From contig NC_043013.1 of the NCBI RefSeq assembly GCF_006345805.1, positions 14,446,001 through 14,510,000 on the forward strand: a stretch of 64,000 nucleotides of DNA. The letters are read 5' to 3'. This stretch comes from Octopus sinensis (Eukaryota). The position numbers and the translations under genes are program-made. A model generated the notes under the pieces. The model saw nothing but the letters and a program-made list of their open reading frames with translations, was not told where the DNA came from and searched no databases. This document shows, in pieces, positions 13,732 through 26,327 of the stretch. The first letter of the stretch is position 1, and each line of letters starts with the position of its first letter.

Positions 13732-14864
13732 TACTTTTATATATAAAAGAGCGTTTGTACGTGTGTGTGTGTGTGCGCGCGTGTGTTTCGTTGTGTGTGT
13801 GTGTGTGTGTGTGTGCATCTGTGAGTGTGTATGTTCCTCGTGCATTCAAAAACTGACTTCCCATTTTGATGTATGTGGTATCAAAAGATTCAGTAATCTT
13901 TCGGCTACCAAATAAACTTTATTTTCATTTACATATTCGCATGACAAAAATTTATCATTATAATTTTTTTTTGTCGCCTATCTTAAACTGTATTTTGTAC
14001 CACCTCGCAACGGCGACGACGTTACATTTTCTGTATACTTTTGTTTACGCTTTAGTTACGTTCGTTAGGCCGATGACCGAGAAATATATGTGTATGACGG
14101 TGTATGGGTCTGTCAATACACGTACATTTTTGTTACGACTAACACACACATTCTTTCTTAAAGGAACACTAAAATCTTCTCGAACAGCCATCCATCACCT
14201 CACCACTTTCAAAATTCTACAAACTCCCTATGTTTCACTTTTAGCTTTTTGGAAAGCGAGGAATATTCTTCAGAAATAATGTCGTTTACCTGTTGTTTCT
14301 AGCATGCTGGGTTTTCTGGTGGTGTCTGGTATATTTTATGTCTGCTGTTTCAGTGCATTTCTACGCATGCGTGAAACATCAGATGAAAGTGAAACATTGG
14401 GTAATTTCAGCTTTTTGAAAGCGGGTAGGTGATGGGTGGGCGAGATGGGGGAAGAGCACTGAGTGTTTCTTTATGAAAATTAAACTTTAAAAATATATTT
14501 CCCAGATTAGTAATCTCTGTATTTTACTACGTGGATAAAAAAGCAAAAACTTCGAAAGAAAGTTACGAATTAAGAAATTGCAATGGGGTGTGCGGATTCA
14601 AATTTTACAAACATGATTTCTGGCCAAAATCATATTAACCCTCTTTTATACGTAGAAACAATATATAGTTTGTGATCCTTCTTAAGGACAGAAAGCACTT
14701 TCATACACCCTCCCCCTTCACTTTAAACAAAAAATAACTTTCATTACGCTAGTCATCCAGTTCACTGTATATCAGCTGTACCGATTCTGCCTATAAGAAA
14801 GGAACCAATAATACAATGTGACTATCGTTCATAGCAGCCGTGCAACGCCGGGATGCATTGGTAG
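13732..14864 (+). mobile_element. Non-autonomous Helitron (second family)
   Basis: The 5' end T(A)CTTTTATATATAAAA resembles a Helitron start. The 3' hairpin CCGTGCAACGCCGG (14838-14851) is followed by GTAG|T, a variant of CTAG|T. Confidence 0.6.
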
Positions 14865-14924
14865 TGATTAATATATTGTTTTTAGTTATTTAAGAATTTA
14901 GCCAGCACGACTACACAGAGACAC

Positions 14925-15029
14925 ACATTCTATACATACATACATACATACATACATACATACATACATTCATACATACATACATTCATACATTACATAC
15001 ATTCATACATTCATACATACATACATACA

Positions 15030-15060
<31 letters not shown>

Positions 15061-15129
15061 GTACATATGTACATACATACGTACATACATACATACATAC
15101 ATACATACGTACATACATACATACATACA

Positions 15130-15160
<31 letters not shown>

Positions 15161-15313
15161 GTACATACGTACATACATACATACATATATACATATACAT
15201 ACATACATACATACATACATACATACATACATACATACATACGTACATACATACGTACATACATACATATGTACATATGTACATACATACATACGTACAT
15301 ACATACATACATA
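14925..15313. repeat. (TACA)n microsatellite, representative of many (TACA)n, (TA)n, (CA)n, (AGAT)n and (ATT)n tracts
   Basis: Direct reading. Similar tracts are at ~3080-3180, 16810-16935, 20775-20915, 37395-37572, 40045-40265, 45350-45645 and 47200-47480. Confidence 0.95.
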
Positions 15314-15316
15314 CGT

Positions 15317-16802
15317 GAGAGGGGATCCCCAAAAGTAACCAGAAACGGTCTCTGTGGGGCAAGCCAGTTGTAGTTCAGTCTTTCGCTGCTAGAAGGCACT
15401 TGATGCGACGCTTAGGCACCAGTCTGCGACCAGCGGCGTTGGATTAAGTAGTAATGTCACGTGGTCTGTCTTTGTTTTGCAGTGTTTCTTCCCTGTTCGT
15501 CGATATTTGCGATGGCTGAAACGAAGGAACAACGTGTTTCTGTGAAATTTTGTTCTTTATTGGGGAAAGCGGCGAGCGAAAGAGTTGTCATGCTGCAAAC
15601 AGTTTACAAGGACGCTGTCATGAGCAAATCACAAGTTTACGAGTTGTTTTCACGCTTTAGGAGTGGTCACTTGTCGCTTGAAAATCAACCTCGTTCGTGG
15701 CGACCATCGACCACCCGAACGAATGAAAACGTCACGAAAATACATGAACTGATCTTAGGGGACCGTCACTGAATGATTGATGAACTTGTTGATATGACTG
15801 ATGTTTCTTGGAGATCTTGCCAACGAATTTTGAGCGAGGAATTGCGAATGAAAAGAGTTGCAGCCAAATGTGTGCCTCACTTGCTCACGTAAGAATAAAA
15901 GTAGTCACGACTAAATGGGTATCGTGAACTGAAACAACTGTTGGATGGTGATCCGGACCTTTTTTCGAAGGTCATTACTGGTGGTGAAAGCTGGTGCTAC
16001 GAATACAACCCGGATACGAAGCAGCAATCAAGTCAATTGAAGCATTCAATGTCACCACGCTCCCCAAAGTGCATCAAGTGAAGTCCAGTGTCAAGATGAT
16101 GCTGACTTGTTTCTTCGATGAGAAAGGAATTGTCCACACAGAATTTGTTCCTCCAGGTCAAACTATTAACCTAGCATTTTACTTGGAAGTTCTGAAACGT
16201 TTGCGAAATGTGGTGAGACGAAAACGCCCCAACTTGTGGAAAAGAGTGATGGTTTCATCACGACGATGCGCCTGCGCACAAAACCTTAAGTGTAAGACAG
16301 TTTTTGACCGAATTGACGTGGTGATATTGAATGCTTCATTTGACTTGATTGTTGTTTTGTATCCGTGTCGTAGTCGTAGCATTAGCTTTCATCACCAGTG
16401 ATGGCCTCCGAAAAAAGTCCGGATCACCAGCCAACAGTTTGTTTCTGTTCAGGATACGCTTTCAGTCGTGACTGCTTTTATTCTTCCGTGAGCAAGTGAG
16501 ACACAAATTTTGCTACAACGCTATTCATTCGCAATTCCTCACTCAAAATTCTTGTCCTGTCCACCCCGAATGCAAAGCGTCCTTAGAGGAAAACGTTTTA
16601 CAGATGTGAAAGAGATGAAGAAAAGAAAAACGACGTAGGCGTTAAAAGGAGTTTAAAGATTGCTTTGAACAGTGGAAAACGCGTCTGGACCGATGCATTG
16701 CTTCAAATGGAGAATACTTTGAAGGCGATAAAAGTGTAAACATGTAAATCGAAGTGAATAAAATAATATTGCAAAATTCCGGTTTCTTTTGGGTACCCCT
16801 GG
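15317..16802 (+). mobile_element. Mariner transposon, degenerate, with an internal inverted segment
   Basis: Imperfect TIRs GAGGGGATCCCCAAAAGTAACCAGAA / TTCCGGTTTCTTTTGGGTACCCCTG. Transposase MAETKEQRVSVKFC..., VAAKCVPHLLT, VITGGESWCY, MLTCFFDEKGIVHTEFVPPGQTIN, LRGKRF. Confidence 0.9.
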
Positions 16803-16837
16803 GAAGGCATACATACATACATACACACACATGTATG

Positions 16838-16929
<92 letters not shown>

Positions 16930-17136
16930 TATATTAAATTAGAGATAAAACCACCATTAGGCAAATCTAATTTAATATAAATATATATATTGTTATATTT
17001 CGGAATGGTCATTTCACTAAATAAACATAGACTCATATAGAGATATAAGCATACGCAAATGAAGACACATACAATAGAAATACAAAATGGCGGACGGTTA
17101 GTAAGGAGAGACACAATTAAGAAAGAAAAAAGCAAA

Positions 17137-17181
17137 GGACCACTGATGCAGTCACAGGAGTGTGACGAAAGAACTCTGGCC
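17137..17181 (+). ncRNA. Degenerate type-I hammerhead ribozyme motif
   Basis: GGACCA-CTGATG(C)A-GTCAC-aggagt-GTGAC-GAAA-GAAC-TC-TGGCC. Helix II is perfect and helix I has 5 bp with a bulge. The core has a 1-nt insertion and helix III is non-palindromic. It lies between ~26 bp inverted repeats at ~16988 and ~17278. Confidence 0.45.
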
Positions 17182-17430
17182 GAAATAAGATTAAAATTAA
17201 TGTAAAAAATAAATAACACTGAAGCAAAATAACACCAAATATATAGTGCGTGTGTTTTTATTGGCTAAACTGGCAGAATGACCATTCCGAAATATAACAA
17301 TATATGTTTCAACACACGACTTCACATAAAAAATCTTGCACAACAAATATAAATATATATATTTATACTGTAAAATTGGATTTAATCCTAGATCTAATTT
17401 TTCCCTGTAAGTTTGGATTTACTCCCTAAT

Positions 17431-17461
<31 letters not shown>

Positions 17462-17469
17462 TTTTTATT

Positions 17470-17553
<84 letters not shown>

Positions 17554-17998
17554 ATGTATATGTATATATGTATGTATGTATATATATATAATGAGGGTGA
17601 TAAATTGAATATTAATTTAATTAATATTAATTTAAAACCAGTAACCTAGCATATAGAAAAATCTGAAAATTCAGAAAAATTGTAATACATGCGCATAATA
17701 AGGATGACCACTAAGTGGGCATCCAGTATGCTAGAAGAAGATCACCTACGATCTAACTACAAAGAAAAGAATGTTCTCTAGAGAAATTCAGCAAACACCA
17801 GAACATTAGCGGGTAAGACAGATGAAAATATACAAAATACAGAATTAATCGTTGACCGATTTCGTCATCAACGATTTTACTTATGTAATCATCGTTCGTG
17901 GACTCTTCAGTACGATCGTTCCAATTCAATATAATTTGTAGAACTATACACTAGTTGTCCTTATAAAATTATACGTTGTCCTTATAAAATTAAACATT

Positions 17999-18315
17999 AC
18001 AAATCGTATACAATATTATTATTGGGAAAAATTCGAAGTCTTACAGCTGTTTCTGGGATATCTCCGAGTATGGGATATTCTATCATCAGAGACAAATAGG
18101 GAAAAATAGGGAAAATGAAAATGGAATATATTAATGAGATGAAGTCATAGAGGAAGGGAGTAAAGGAATAAGGAGATGGAGAGGGAAAAGAAGAAAGAAG
18201 CATAAAAGTTCATTGTTCAACTTTCTGATGTTATAGAAAAAGAGCATACTCGGGGATATCCCAGAAACAGCTGTAAGACTGAATTTTTTCCAATAATAAT
18301 ATTGTATACGACTTG
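17999..18315. repeat. Inverted repeat (~70 bp arms) carrying the HHR; PLE pLTR remnant
   Basis: 17999-18072 is the near reverse complement of 18245-18315. Confidence 0.75.
18038..18093 (-). ncRNA. Type-I hammerhead ribozyme, PLE pLTR type
   Basis: Minus strand: GTCT-CTGATGA-tagaATATCCC-atactc-GGAGATATccca-GAAA-CAGCTG-TA|AGAC. The canonical core, palindromic helix III and GUA site are present, with a 4-bp helix I. Confidence 0.75.
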
Positions 18316-18554
18316 AAATTTTTGCCTTGCCTTAATGTTTGTTGTCCGCTTTAACAAGCGCGTTGTTTATTTGTGTGTGTTTGAGTATGTGTGTGTGTGT
18401 CTTTATGTATCTTTTCCCCACCCCATCACCGCTTGAAACCAATGTTGATGCGTCATCGTAACTTAGCAGTTCGACAAAAGCGACCCGATAGAATAAGCTC
18501 TAGACTTACTAATGATAAGTCCTGGGGTCGATTGCTTAGACTAAAATCCTTTAA

Positions 18555-19860
18555 CCCTTGGTCTACCCAATATTTTTCTTTTAGTTAAATTTTATTTAAA
18601 TTACCTCTATTTCTTAGCTATATTATATATGCCATCAGGCGAATAAAGAATTACTGTTTCACAGAAATTTTAATTAAAAAAATACAGCTTACAGAATATA
18701 TTATAAATTTTTAAGAATTACAAAAATACAGAATTACAGCTCTTCATGGCAGTGAATGCAGACAACATTTGAATGTTCTTGACAAACATGGATATTACAA
18801 TTCTTACATGTAATACGAAACTTCCCGTCTTTTGTGGGGACCACACAAAGAACATCTTCCTTTTTTCTTTGGTTGAGAAATCTCAAATGAGGTTGAATAT
18901 CATCTTCTTTTTCTGTTTGGTTGAGAAACAGAACTAGAAGATTGTTTGTCGTGTTCTTGTTGAGCATTAACTCCAGCAAGTTCCTTTCCTAACTGAATTA
19001 GGCACTGTCTTCTTCTATCCTCGAAACTTTGCAAGTGAAGCTGTTAACAATAATGTAAGCATTCACTGCCCTTATATCAATCATATTGTAGAATATAACC
19101 ATAGGCCATCTTTGACTTTTTCTTTGCAAGTGTATATCATTACCATCTTATCTAGGGTATTTGCTCCTCCTTTTGTTTTGTTGTAACGTGTAATAACTTC
19201 AAGTTTCTTCTCAGCACTTTTTGAATCAATTGAATGCTGGGAGTCATTGTACTCATAAGTGTGACAACATAATTTTTCTTGGGACAATAAGATAGAATCA
19301 TAGAATCCTTTTGAAATCCAAATACTGTGCTGTTGATTTCTCTTTCTTTGCCATTTGTGAAACCACTTGGAAGTTCAACCCTGTTCTTTCTAATTGTTCC
19401 AGCTAAAGTAGTTTTCTTGCTAAGCAGCTTTCAAGCCAATCCTAGACTTGTAAAAAAATTATCACAAGTTATATTGCGACCAGTATGTTCAAGTTCCTAG
19501 GTCTTCAACAACTCTTGAACCTTGATTTGTCTCTCTACTTTTTACTGGGTCTTTTCCAGTGTAGATTTGCATTTTCCAGGCATAAGACGTTTCACTGTCG
19601 CATATTGCCCAAATTTTAATTCCATATTTCCCTGGTGTTGAAATAATATATACCCGGAATGGGCAGCGCCTTCTGAATGAAACTAATTGTTCATCAACTG
19701 TCATGCATGAACTTGGAGTATATCTATCTTGCAAATTCTGATTCCACATTTCAAATACTTCTCTTATGGGTTCCAATTTATCATCACTTCTCTTTTATCT
19801 TCTTTGCACTAGCATCCTCAAAACGCAATACTTGTAAAATCTGGTTTGTTCTTAGTAAAT
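18555..19860 (-). mobile_element. piggyBac transposon (PGBD4-like transposase pseudogene), 5'-truncated
   Basis: Contains MTVDEQLVSFRRRCPFRVYI..PGKYGIKIW, NITCDNFFTS, RYNKTKGG and the C-terminal CKNCNIHVCQEH cysteine-rich domain. The terminus is TTAA|CCCTTG at 18551-18560. Confidence 0.9.
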
Positions 19861-20330
19861 AATGCAAAAATAGAAGACGCCGGTTGCATATTGATATTCC
19901 TTATCATTATGTGTGTGATAAAGGGATGACTGTTTGGAAACTACACGAGAGATGAGAAGAGAAAATTACTTCAAGACTTTAGTTTCTAAGTCCAAAGAAA
20001 GAAGAAATATTTTATCTGAGATTGTTATTGTTACATGTTGAAGAAGCTCGTATTTTTTTTTGTTTTTTTTTGGTGGTCTTAAAATAGTTAATTGTGTGCG
20101 ATGATCTTGAAACAGTTGACGGTGTACGATGTAAGTTATGATGAGAAAGCTGTTAATTTTCATTTAGCACAAATTACAATAAACTTTATATAAGGCTGGG
20201 ACCCTAATTATTCGGAATATTTTTGATTGTTTTTAAATGAAAAACTGCCAAGCCTTTACATAAGAAATTTATCAATGGTCTTTTTCCGTTGTTTTGATAA
20301 AATTATTTTTCACAACTTGTGTATAGTAAT
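19850..20330 (+). pseudogene. Helitron RepHel fragment
   Basis: Reads DIPYHYVCDKGMTVWKLHER and EIFYLRLLLLHVEEA, as in the Helitron Rep-helicase linker. Paralogous to 32440-32900 and 54790-55110. Confidence 0.7.
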
Positions 20331-20772
20331 CCATACATGCATACAACAACACACACATACACGCACAGACACGCGCACATAGACACACATAGACACGCAC
20401 GCACACACACACAACTATACATATGTATATGTATATATAAATGTATCATTTAGCGTTCTTATGCCATTTCAAGTTGTAAGACAATACCTTTTCATCCAGA
20501 GTACCTTCGTAAGGTGTATTGAATAGATAAACACTTCAGTTGAGCTATACAATACCAGGTAATAATGATAAATCGATACGAAGATCATATAATGATTATA
20601 CTTCATTAAGAGGATAAATGCAAACAAGTAACATCTCGTTCTTGACAGACATTTCTACCTAGAAAACAGACAGGATGCTGCAGAGGAATTGTTTTCAAAT
20701 TATTTGTATGTAAACGATTTATTGTATAATTAATATATGTTTTTAATTACTTAAGGGCTTAGCCATCACCAC

Positions 20773-20844
<72 letters not shown>

Positions 20845-20886
20845 CATACATACATACATACATACATACATACATACATACATACA

Positions 20887-20919
<33 letters not shown>

Positions 20920-20929
20920 GCCTTATTTA

Positions 20930-22090
20930 TGCATGAATAAATATATCCTTGGATGTATTTCCTTTGAGAGTTTAATGCAAATTTCATTTTCTCACATATA
21001 TATGAATATATTTTGTTTATTTTATTGCATAAGTTAATGTTTAAAGAATGTGTTGTTACATTGTTTCGCTGTGATTCTTTACAGTATGTAGTGTAAAATA
21101 TAAACATTTTTCTGGCTGGTGATTATATATGGAATTTTTGCATGCATGGAATGGAACTATTTGAGATGTACGACTAAATTGAAAGTGTCTTGCGTACGAT
21201 AAGGGCCGAGTTTATCTGGATCATATTTTGGACTGACAATAACGTCGATATGGCTTTTATGATTTTGTTTATTTTTTTTATCATACATTGTTCTTCAATT
21301 ACTATTGATATTGTTTTCAAATTCATACCTGCTTCCTATTTATTTTCATTTCAAGACTTGAACATTGAGTTTCCACATCTCTCACCGGGAAATGTTTGGA
21401 CAAAAAGAAATTGAGATATCAATAAGAGTACAAATATTGTTCTTTCACTTTTTAATAAATTATATTTGTACGTTTTTCTTTTATATCTTTGTCAGTCATT
21501 CTCCAGTTGTAAATAACTGGACTTAGCAAGGAATGGATCGCCGGAAAGGATGTGGTCAACTCTTTCATTATATTTTTCGTTGTACAGTCTATGTTCCGCA
21601 TACAGAAGTCAGTCCTAAAAAGTTCTCCAATGTTTTATTTTAAATCGGTGAGTGATTTTTGCACCAAAATTATATTCTATGATCTGGTTAAGTACATATT
21701 AGGCTATATTTCTCCGCGAGTAGTTGGTAAGACTAAAACATGTCTGGAATTAACCCTATCCCAAATTTCAAAAATTAAAAATTCTTTTTGGTTCACTACA
21801 TTCACTCTTTATCTCGCTCTTAATGTACGTAATACTTTCACTAAAGTTTCTGAAGTGTCTAGAATTTTCTATTCCAAGAAATATTCATGCTTCTTATCTC
21901 GTTTGAAACTGATAACATTTCTTTTTCTTTCCTCATCTTCTCCCTTTTCTATTTTTGTTACTATCTTTCATCTCACCCTCACTCCTCCACTCTCTCTTCT
22001 TAATTTTCTCTATCTTTCTATCCCTCTCTCTATCACTCCCTCTCTCTCACTCTCTCTCTCTCATTATTTCAATGAATAACTTTATGATTG
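20930..22090 (-). mobile_element. Old RLE-type LINE fragment (paralog at 37573-38680)
   Basis: The minus strand reads VDHILSGDPFLAK..YL, a decayed zinc knuckle. The block is colinear with 37573-38680. Confidence 0.5.
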
Positions 22091-22139
22091 TCCAAGCAAA
22101 AAGTTTTTAAATTTAGTCTCATGGCATTTTCTGGCCAAC

Positions 22140-23000
22140 CATAAATAGCATAGAATATTTAATAGAAGAACGCTTAACGTCATGTATTCTTATTGCAAGC
22201 ACTTCGGCTCTCTAACAAGCCAGCATAGCACGAAAATACTAAGCAAAACTAACGGCACCACTGAAGGAAACAGCCGAAAATGTAACTTCAAAGACCAAAG
22301 CTGCTGTCCTTTAGGGGGAGATTGTCTACTTAAAGGCGTAGTAAACAGAGCCAAATCCCAGATGGACAGCACGGATGAATACAAGATGTACACAGGCTAG
22401 GCAGAGAATTCCTTTAAAACGAGACCTTAGCAACTTATGAATTGATTTAAACATCTAGGAAACAGATCTACGACGAGCCTAGCTAAACATATATAGCATT
22501 TAAAAGGAACAAAGTTTTTATCGTTTGAAATCCATTGGGCTGTCTTGGAAATGATGATGCCCATAACAACAGCAGCAACATTACCAACGTGACGACGGAA
22601 TTCCATACGTAATATCATGGAGAATCCTAGAACACCCAGGCCCCCTCCATAAACGGGACCAAGCATTGTAAACTGTGCATAGCTGAACCGGTGAGAATAC
22701 TAAAGGTCTTCCTCGACCCGGGGAACATTCTTTACTCCAGAACAGCGGTCTTCGGAACATGTTAACACTTCAGGATATTCCTGCAGGCCTATTGCGATCC
22801 ACATGACAACAGAGTCATTTACGATTGAGAGCCAAAGGGAGATAACCCCTATTGTTGACAGAGTAACGATGTCTTTTCCTCCTTCATTTTGCAGAAAGGC
22901 AACTTGCTAGAGAGGCTATGATCCAATAGGTTTGGGTTTCACGTCCATAAAGCGCTTAGCTTTATGGACGTGAAACCCAAGGTAATCCCATAGACCGGCC
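22140..23000 (+). mobile_element. Penelope-like element 3' part (GIY-YIG endonuclease remnant + pLTR)
   Basis: Reads CNFKDQSCCPLGGDCLLKGVV..., YKMYTG*AENSFKTR, TTSLAKHI and CKLCIAE...ILYSRT..FGTC*HFR. Confidence 0.85.
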
Positions 23001-23531
23001 TTATCTAACTTTAAATAATATGCTGCTCTATAACTTAGAGGGTTTTATTTCTGATTTATGTGTTACCTACGATATACATACATGTATATATATTTATATA
23101 TATATATATAAATACATATATTTATATACATATATATACACACACATATATATATCTACACATATGATATTTTTATATAAGCTTAAAGCTTATGGTGATC
23201 ACTGTATGTCTAATAGTCTAATAAAGCGACAGACAAAAGGCTTTCTTATTCGCACGGAATTCGAATCCACATCCCTTTGTAAATACGACCAAATGTGTTA
23301 CCTTTACACTTGCTAATCAGCCTCCCTCTTTCTGTCAAGTTTAAGTTCGTATTTGTTTTAAGTAATCAAACTTTCTATATGATTTCGGGGCGAATGTTTT
23401 TTTTTTTATTACGGCGCCATAATAAAACAAAACATTCGCTCCGAAAGCATATATATATATGCATGTGTGTGTGCGTGTGTGTATGTGTGTGTGTGTTTGT
23501 GTGTGTGTATGTATGTATGTATGTATGTATG

Positions 23532-23580
<49 letters not shown>

Positions 23581-24143
23581 TAGATTCTGTTACGAACGTC
23601 GTAGACACGCAACGTAGTTCTCCAGGCTTGCAGGTATTTGTTTGTGTAACCGTTTCCCTGCATTATACGATCTAGTTGTGCTTCAAGGGCATCCTATTCG
23701 TTCGTCGACGCCTGCGAGCTTGAAGCAGCCACTGAGTGTATCAAGAGATGTATCTCTTGATACAGTCAGATGTATCTGTTGATACTCTAAGAATAGCACA
23801 GATTATATCGGCAGACAAAATGTCGTCAGCATTGGCGGATGGAAACGTTGTATCACGGGATTTCATCGTAAATTACGAATCATAAGCAAGAAGTATCCAA
23901 GCAGCGAATGTTTGATAGAAAGTCTGTCAAACCGATACAGTTAACACTGAGTAAAAATCTTATCCACTTTTGCTGACGAAACTCCCCCACCCGAAATACG
24001 CTGTATTTTTTGGCACCTAACGCTTATACGGCATATTTTCTCAGGACAAAGGCCACAGTCTACGGCGTCTACGGCGTTCTGAACAACACCTCCTAGAGCA
24101 AATTAATACATACATACATACATACATACATACATACATACAT

Positions 24144-24182
<39 letters not shown>

Positions 24183-25132
24183 GTCAGACAGACAGACAGA
24201 CGTGTGTATAGGTTAAGATTTATAATTAAACGTACTAGTTTCTAATTTCGTGCAAATATGTAACCCAAATTTTTTTTTGTTTTTTTCAAAATCGATGTTG
24301 TTTTAAAATTGATTTAATTTAGAATATAATTATGTTAACTGGACAGTTGATTATTTTCAGAAGTAAAGAAGTAATCATTTTGATCATAAATTTAATGAAA
24401 TTGAACACTAGATCCATATTCTCGAAACAAACATTCTGAATATAATTATTTTCAGTTGCATTTATTTAAAATAGCTGTACATAGTTTGTTTTTGTTTTTA
24501 ATTTTAAGAAATGATATATAAACAACAAAGCTAATCCATTAATGTATGTCGTATTGTTGCTATGTGTAGGTGCTTTCCATGGGTGGCTGTGTTGAGTATA
24601 GTATGATGTGGGCGAATTAGTTCTCAACTGTTTAATACCCAATATTGCAGAGAAAAACTTACAAATTGCATGGGTATATATTAAATTTATAAAGAGAATA
24701 TAGAATGGAAATATATATATAACAATTGCCAATCCAAAACTTAAAATTTAAAATATATTAGCATAACAGCTGCCATATGCGTATCTTCCATTGCTATTAT
24801 ACTTACTCACTAATCTACTTCAACTATTAGCGGTTCTTCTACTTCCTACACTATTAATACTACAGCGATCTCTAACTGGATTTCTGCACATTTCCACTAC
24901 TCCACTAATCAAGCCCACTTAAGACATCAAACTCTCCTACTCTCATCGCACTTATTCCACGTGATCTCTTTGATCGTGCATTAAACTGTCTGTCTGCTCA
25001 CTCCTCCAAGAGCAACGGTCTTATAATTCTCTCACCAGTCATTTTATTTCTTATTGAAACCAACCTAAACACGTTTAAACTAAAAATCCACTGGATTCAT
25101 CTGTAACAGTATAGATTTTTAAAAATTGGTAA

Positions 25133-25705
25133 CACTAGGCAACAAAATTTTTGCTACTATTAGACGAAACGGTGCTCATAGGTAATTTGGGAGCGCTGAT
25201 TCCGAATCTGCAATCATTTTTGTTCTAGCACGTCACATTTTTGCGCTATCATTATTATGCTGCTATCAAAATTATAATAATGTGAAAATTCATGACAAAT
25301 CAAATGTATGTTATGTTAAGCGTAAATTACTGTTATTTGATATAAGAACAATAGCAACTAGGTGAACAAGTGGCTCTAAAACCAATGAAACAAGACAAAA
25401 GTGTAAGTGAATATTATTAATTTTATGTTTTTCAAAAATAGCTTTGGCGTCTTCTTTTACGCTTCTGCTGCATATCCGTTTCTCGTTTTAAAAACCAGCA
25501 GTAGTCCGTCAGCACGTTTGTTGTAAGCCTGCCACTGTAGCGCCTTTCTAGCTCTTTGATTTCGTGATGAAGTCGTTCACCCTGCTCATCGCTTACATCA
25601 CTCATACTGAGTGGAAAAAAAGTCAAGATGACAGTGGACGAAATGAATTTTTAGAGACATTCCCACGTTGCTCATAAGCTTTCGAAAAATCTTTCACAAT
25701 TGCAA
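25133..25705 (-). mobile_element. Chapaev3-like (CMC) DNA transposon, 3' end
   Basis: The C-terminus SDVSDEQGERLHHEIKELERRYSGRLTTNVLTDYCWFLKRE matches recalled Chapaev3 transposases. The terminus CACTAGGCAACAAAATTTTT is preceded by TAA (TWA TSD type). Confidence 0.7.
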
Positions 25706-25799
25706 CATAGTTAGATGAAGTGGCGGTGTGGTAAGTAGCTTGCTTTCTTCATTGCGCATGTGTGAATCAGAGTTGTGTTTGATACTGAAGCTGTAAGAT

Positions 25800-25995
25800 G
25801 TGTTTTTGAAGCTGTCTTAAATGGAAGATTTTTGAAACTCAGCTGTAAGGTAAGATTTTTGGTGTCCAGTGGGGACCTGTTGTTTGCCGCAACTATTTTT
25901 TACAAACAAGAAGTCCTCACTGGATTCTAGTCTACCTGGAGCTGAGTGAATTTTTTTTTTTCACTTAATTGTGAAAGTTTTTGTATAGGTGGGCG
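25800..25995 (+). repeat. Direct repeat of the putative 5' UTR (partner at ~28045-28225)
   Basis: Both copies share AAGGTAAGA.TTTT...GTCCAGTGGGG...TATTTTTTACAAACAAG.AGTCCTCA.TGGATTC. Confidence 0.7.
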
Positions 25996-26327
25996 CTTGA
26001 AAATAGTATTTGTCCAGGAATAACTCCGTGGGAATTTTTAGAAAAATTTCAACAATATTGTTCCTGTCAAGGTGTACCTATTAGAAGAAAATTGGAATGA
26101 TTTTTTTAACTGTTTAACATTTGCGTTAAAATTTTGGCATGCAGTGCCGAGTGGCCTTTGCTGTATTTTGAACTGTTGCTCTCTCTTCATCTATCTTTTA
26201 TTAAAAAAAAACTCTTTATTGAGCTGTTATTTTTCTCCTTCCTTTTTGTTTGAACTTTTTTCTCTTCCTTCATTTTCCTTAGTTATTTTGTATTTTAAAA
26301 CTGTATTTTTGGACTTTTTTAAAAAAC

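Noticed and set aside
17760-17990. Region upstream of the 18 kb HHR cassette as a PLE ORF
   Set aside because: No recognisable RT or GIY-YIG motifs could be read.
23588-24090. Possible solo LTR starting TGTTACGAAC, with an internal GTATCAAGAGAT/ATCTCTTGATAC palindrome
   Set aside because: No matching TSD, no partner LTR and no internal retroviral ORF.
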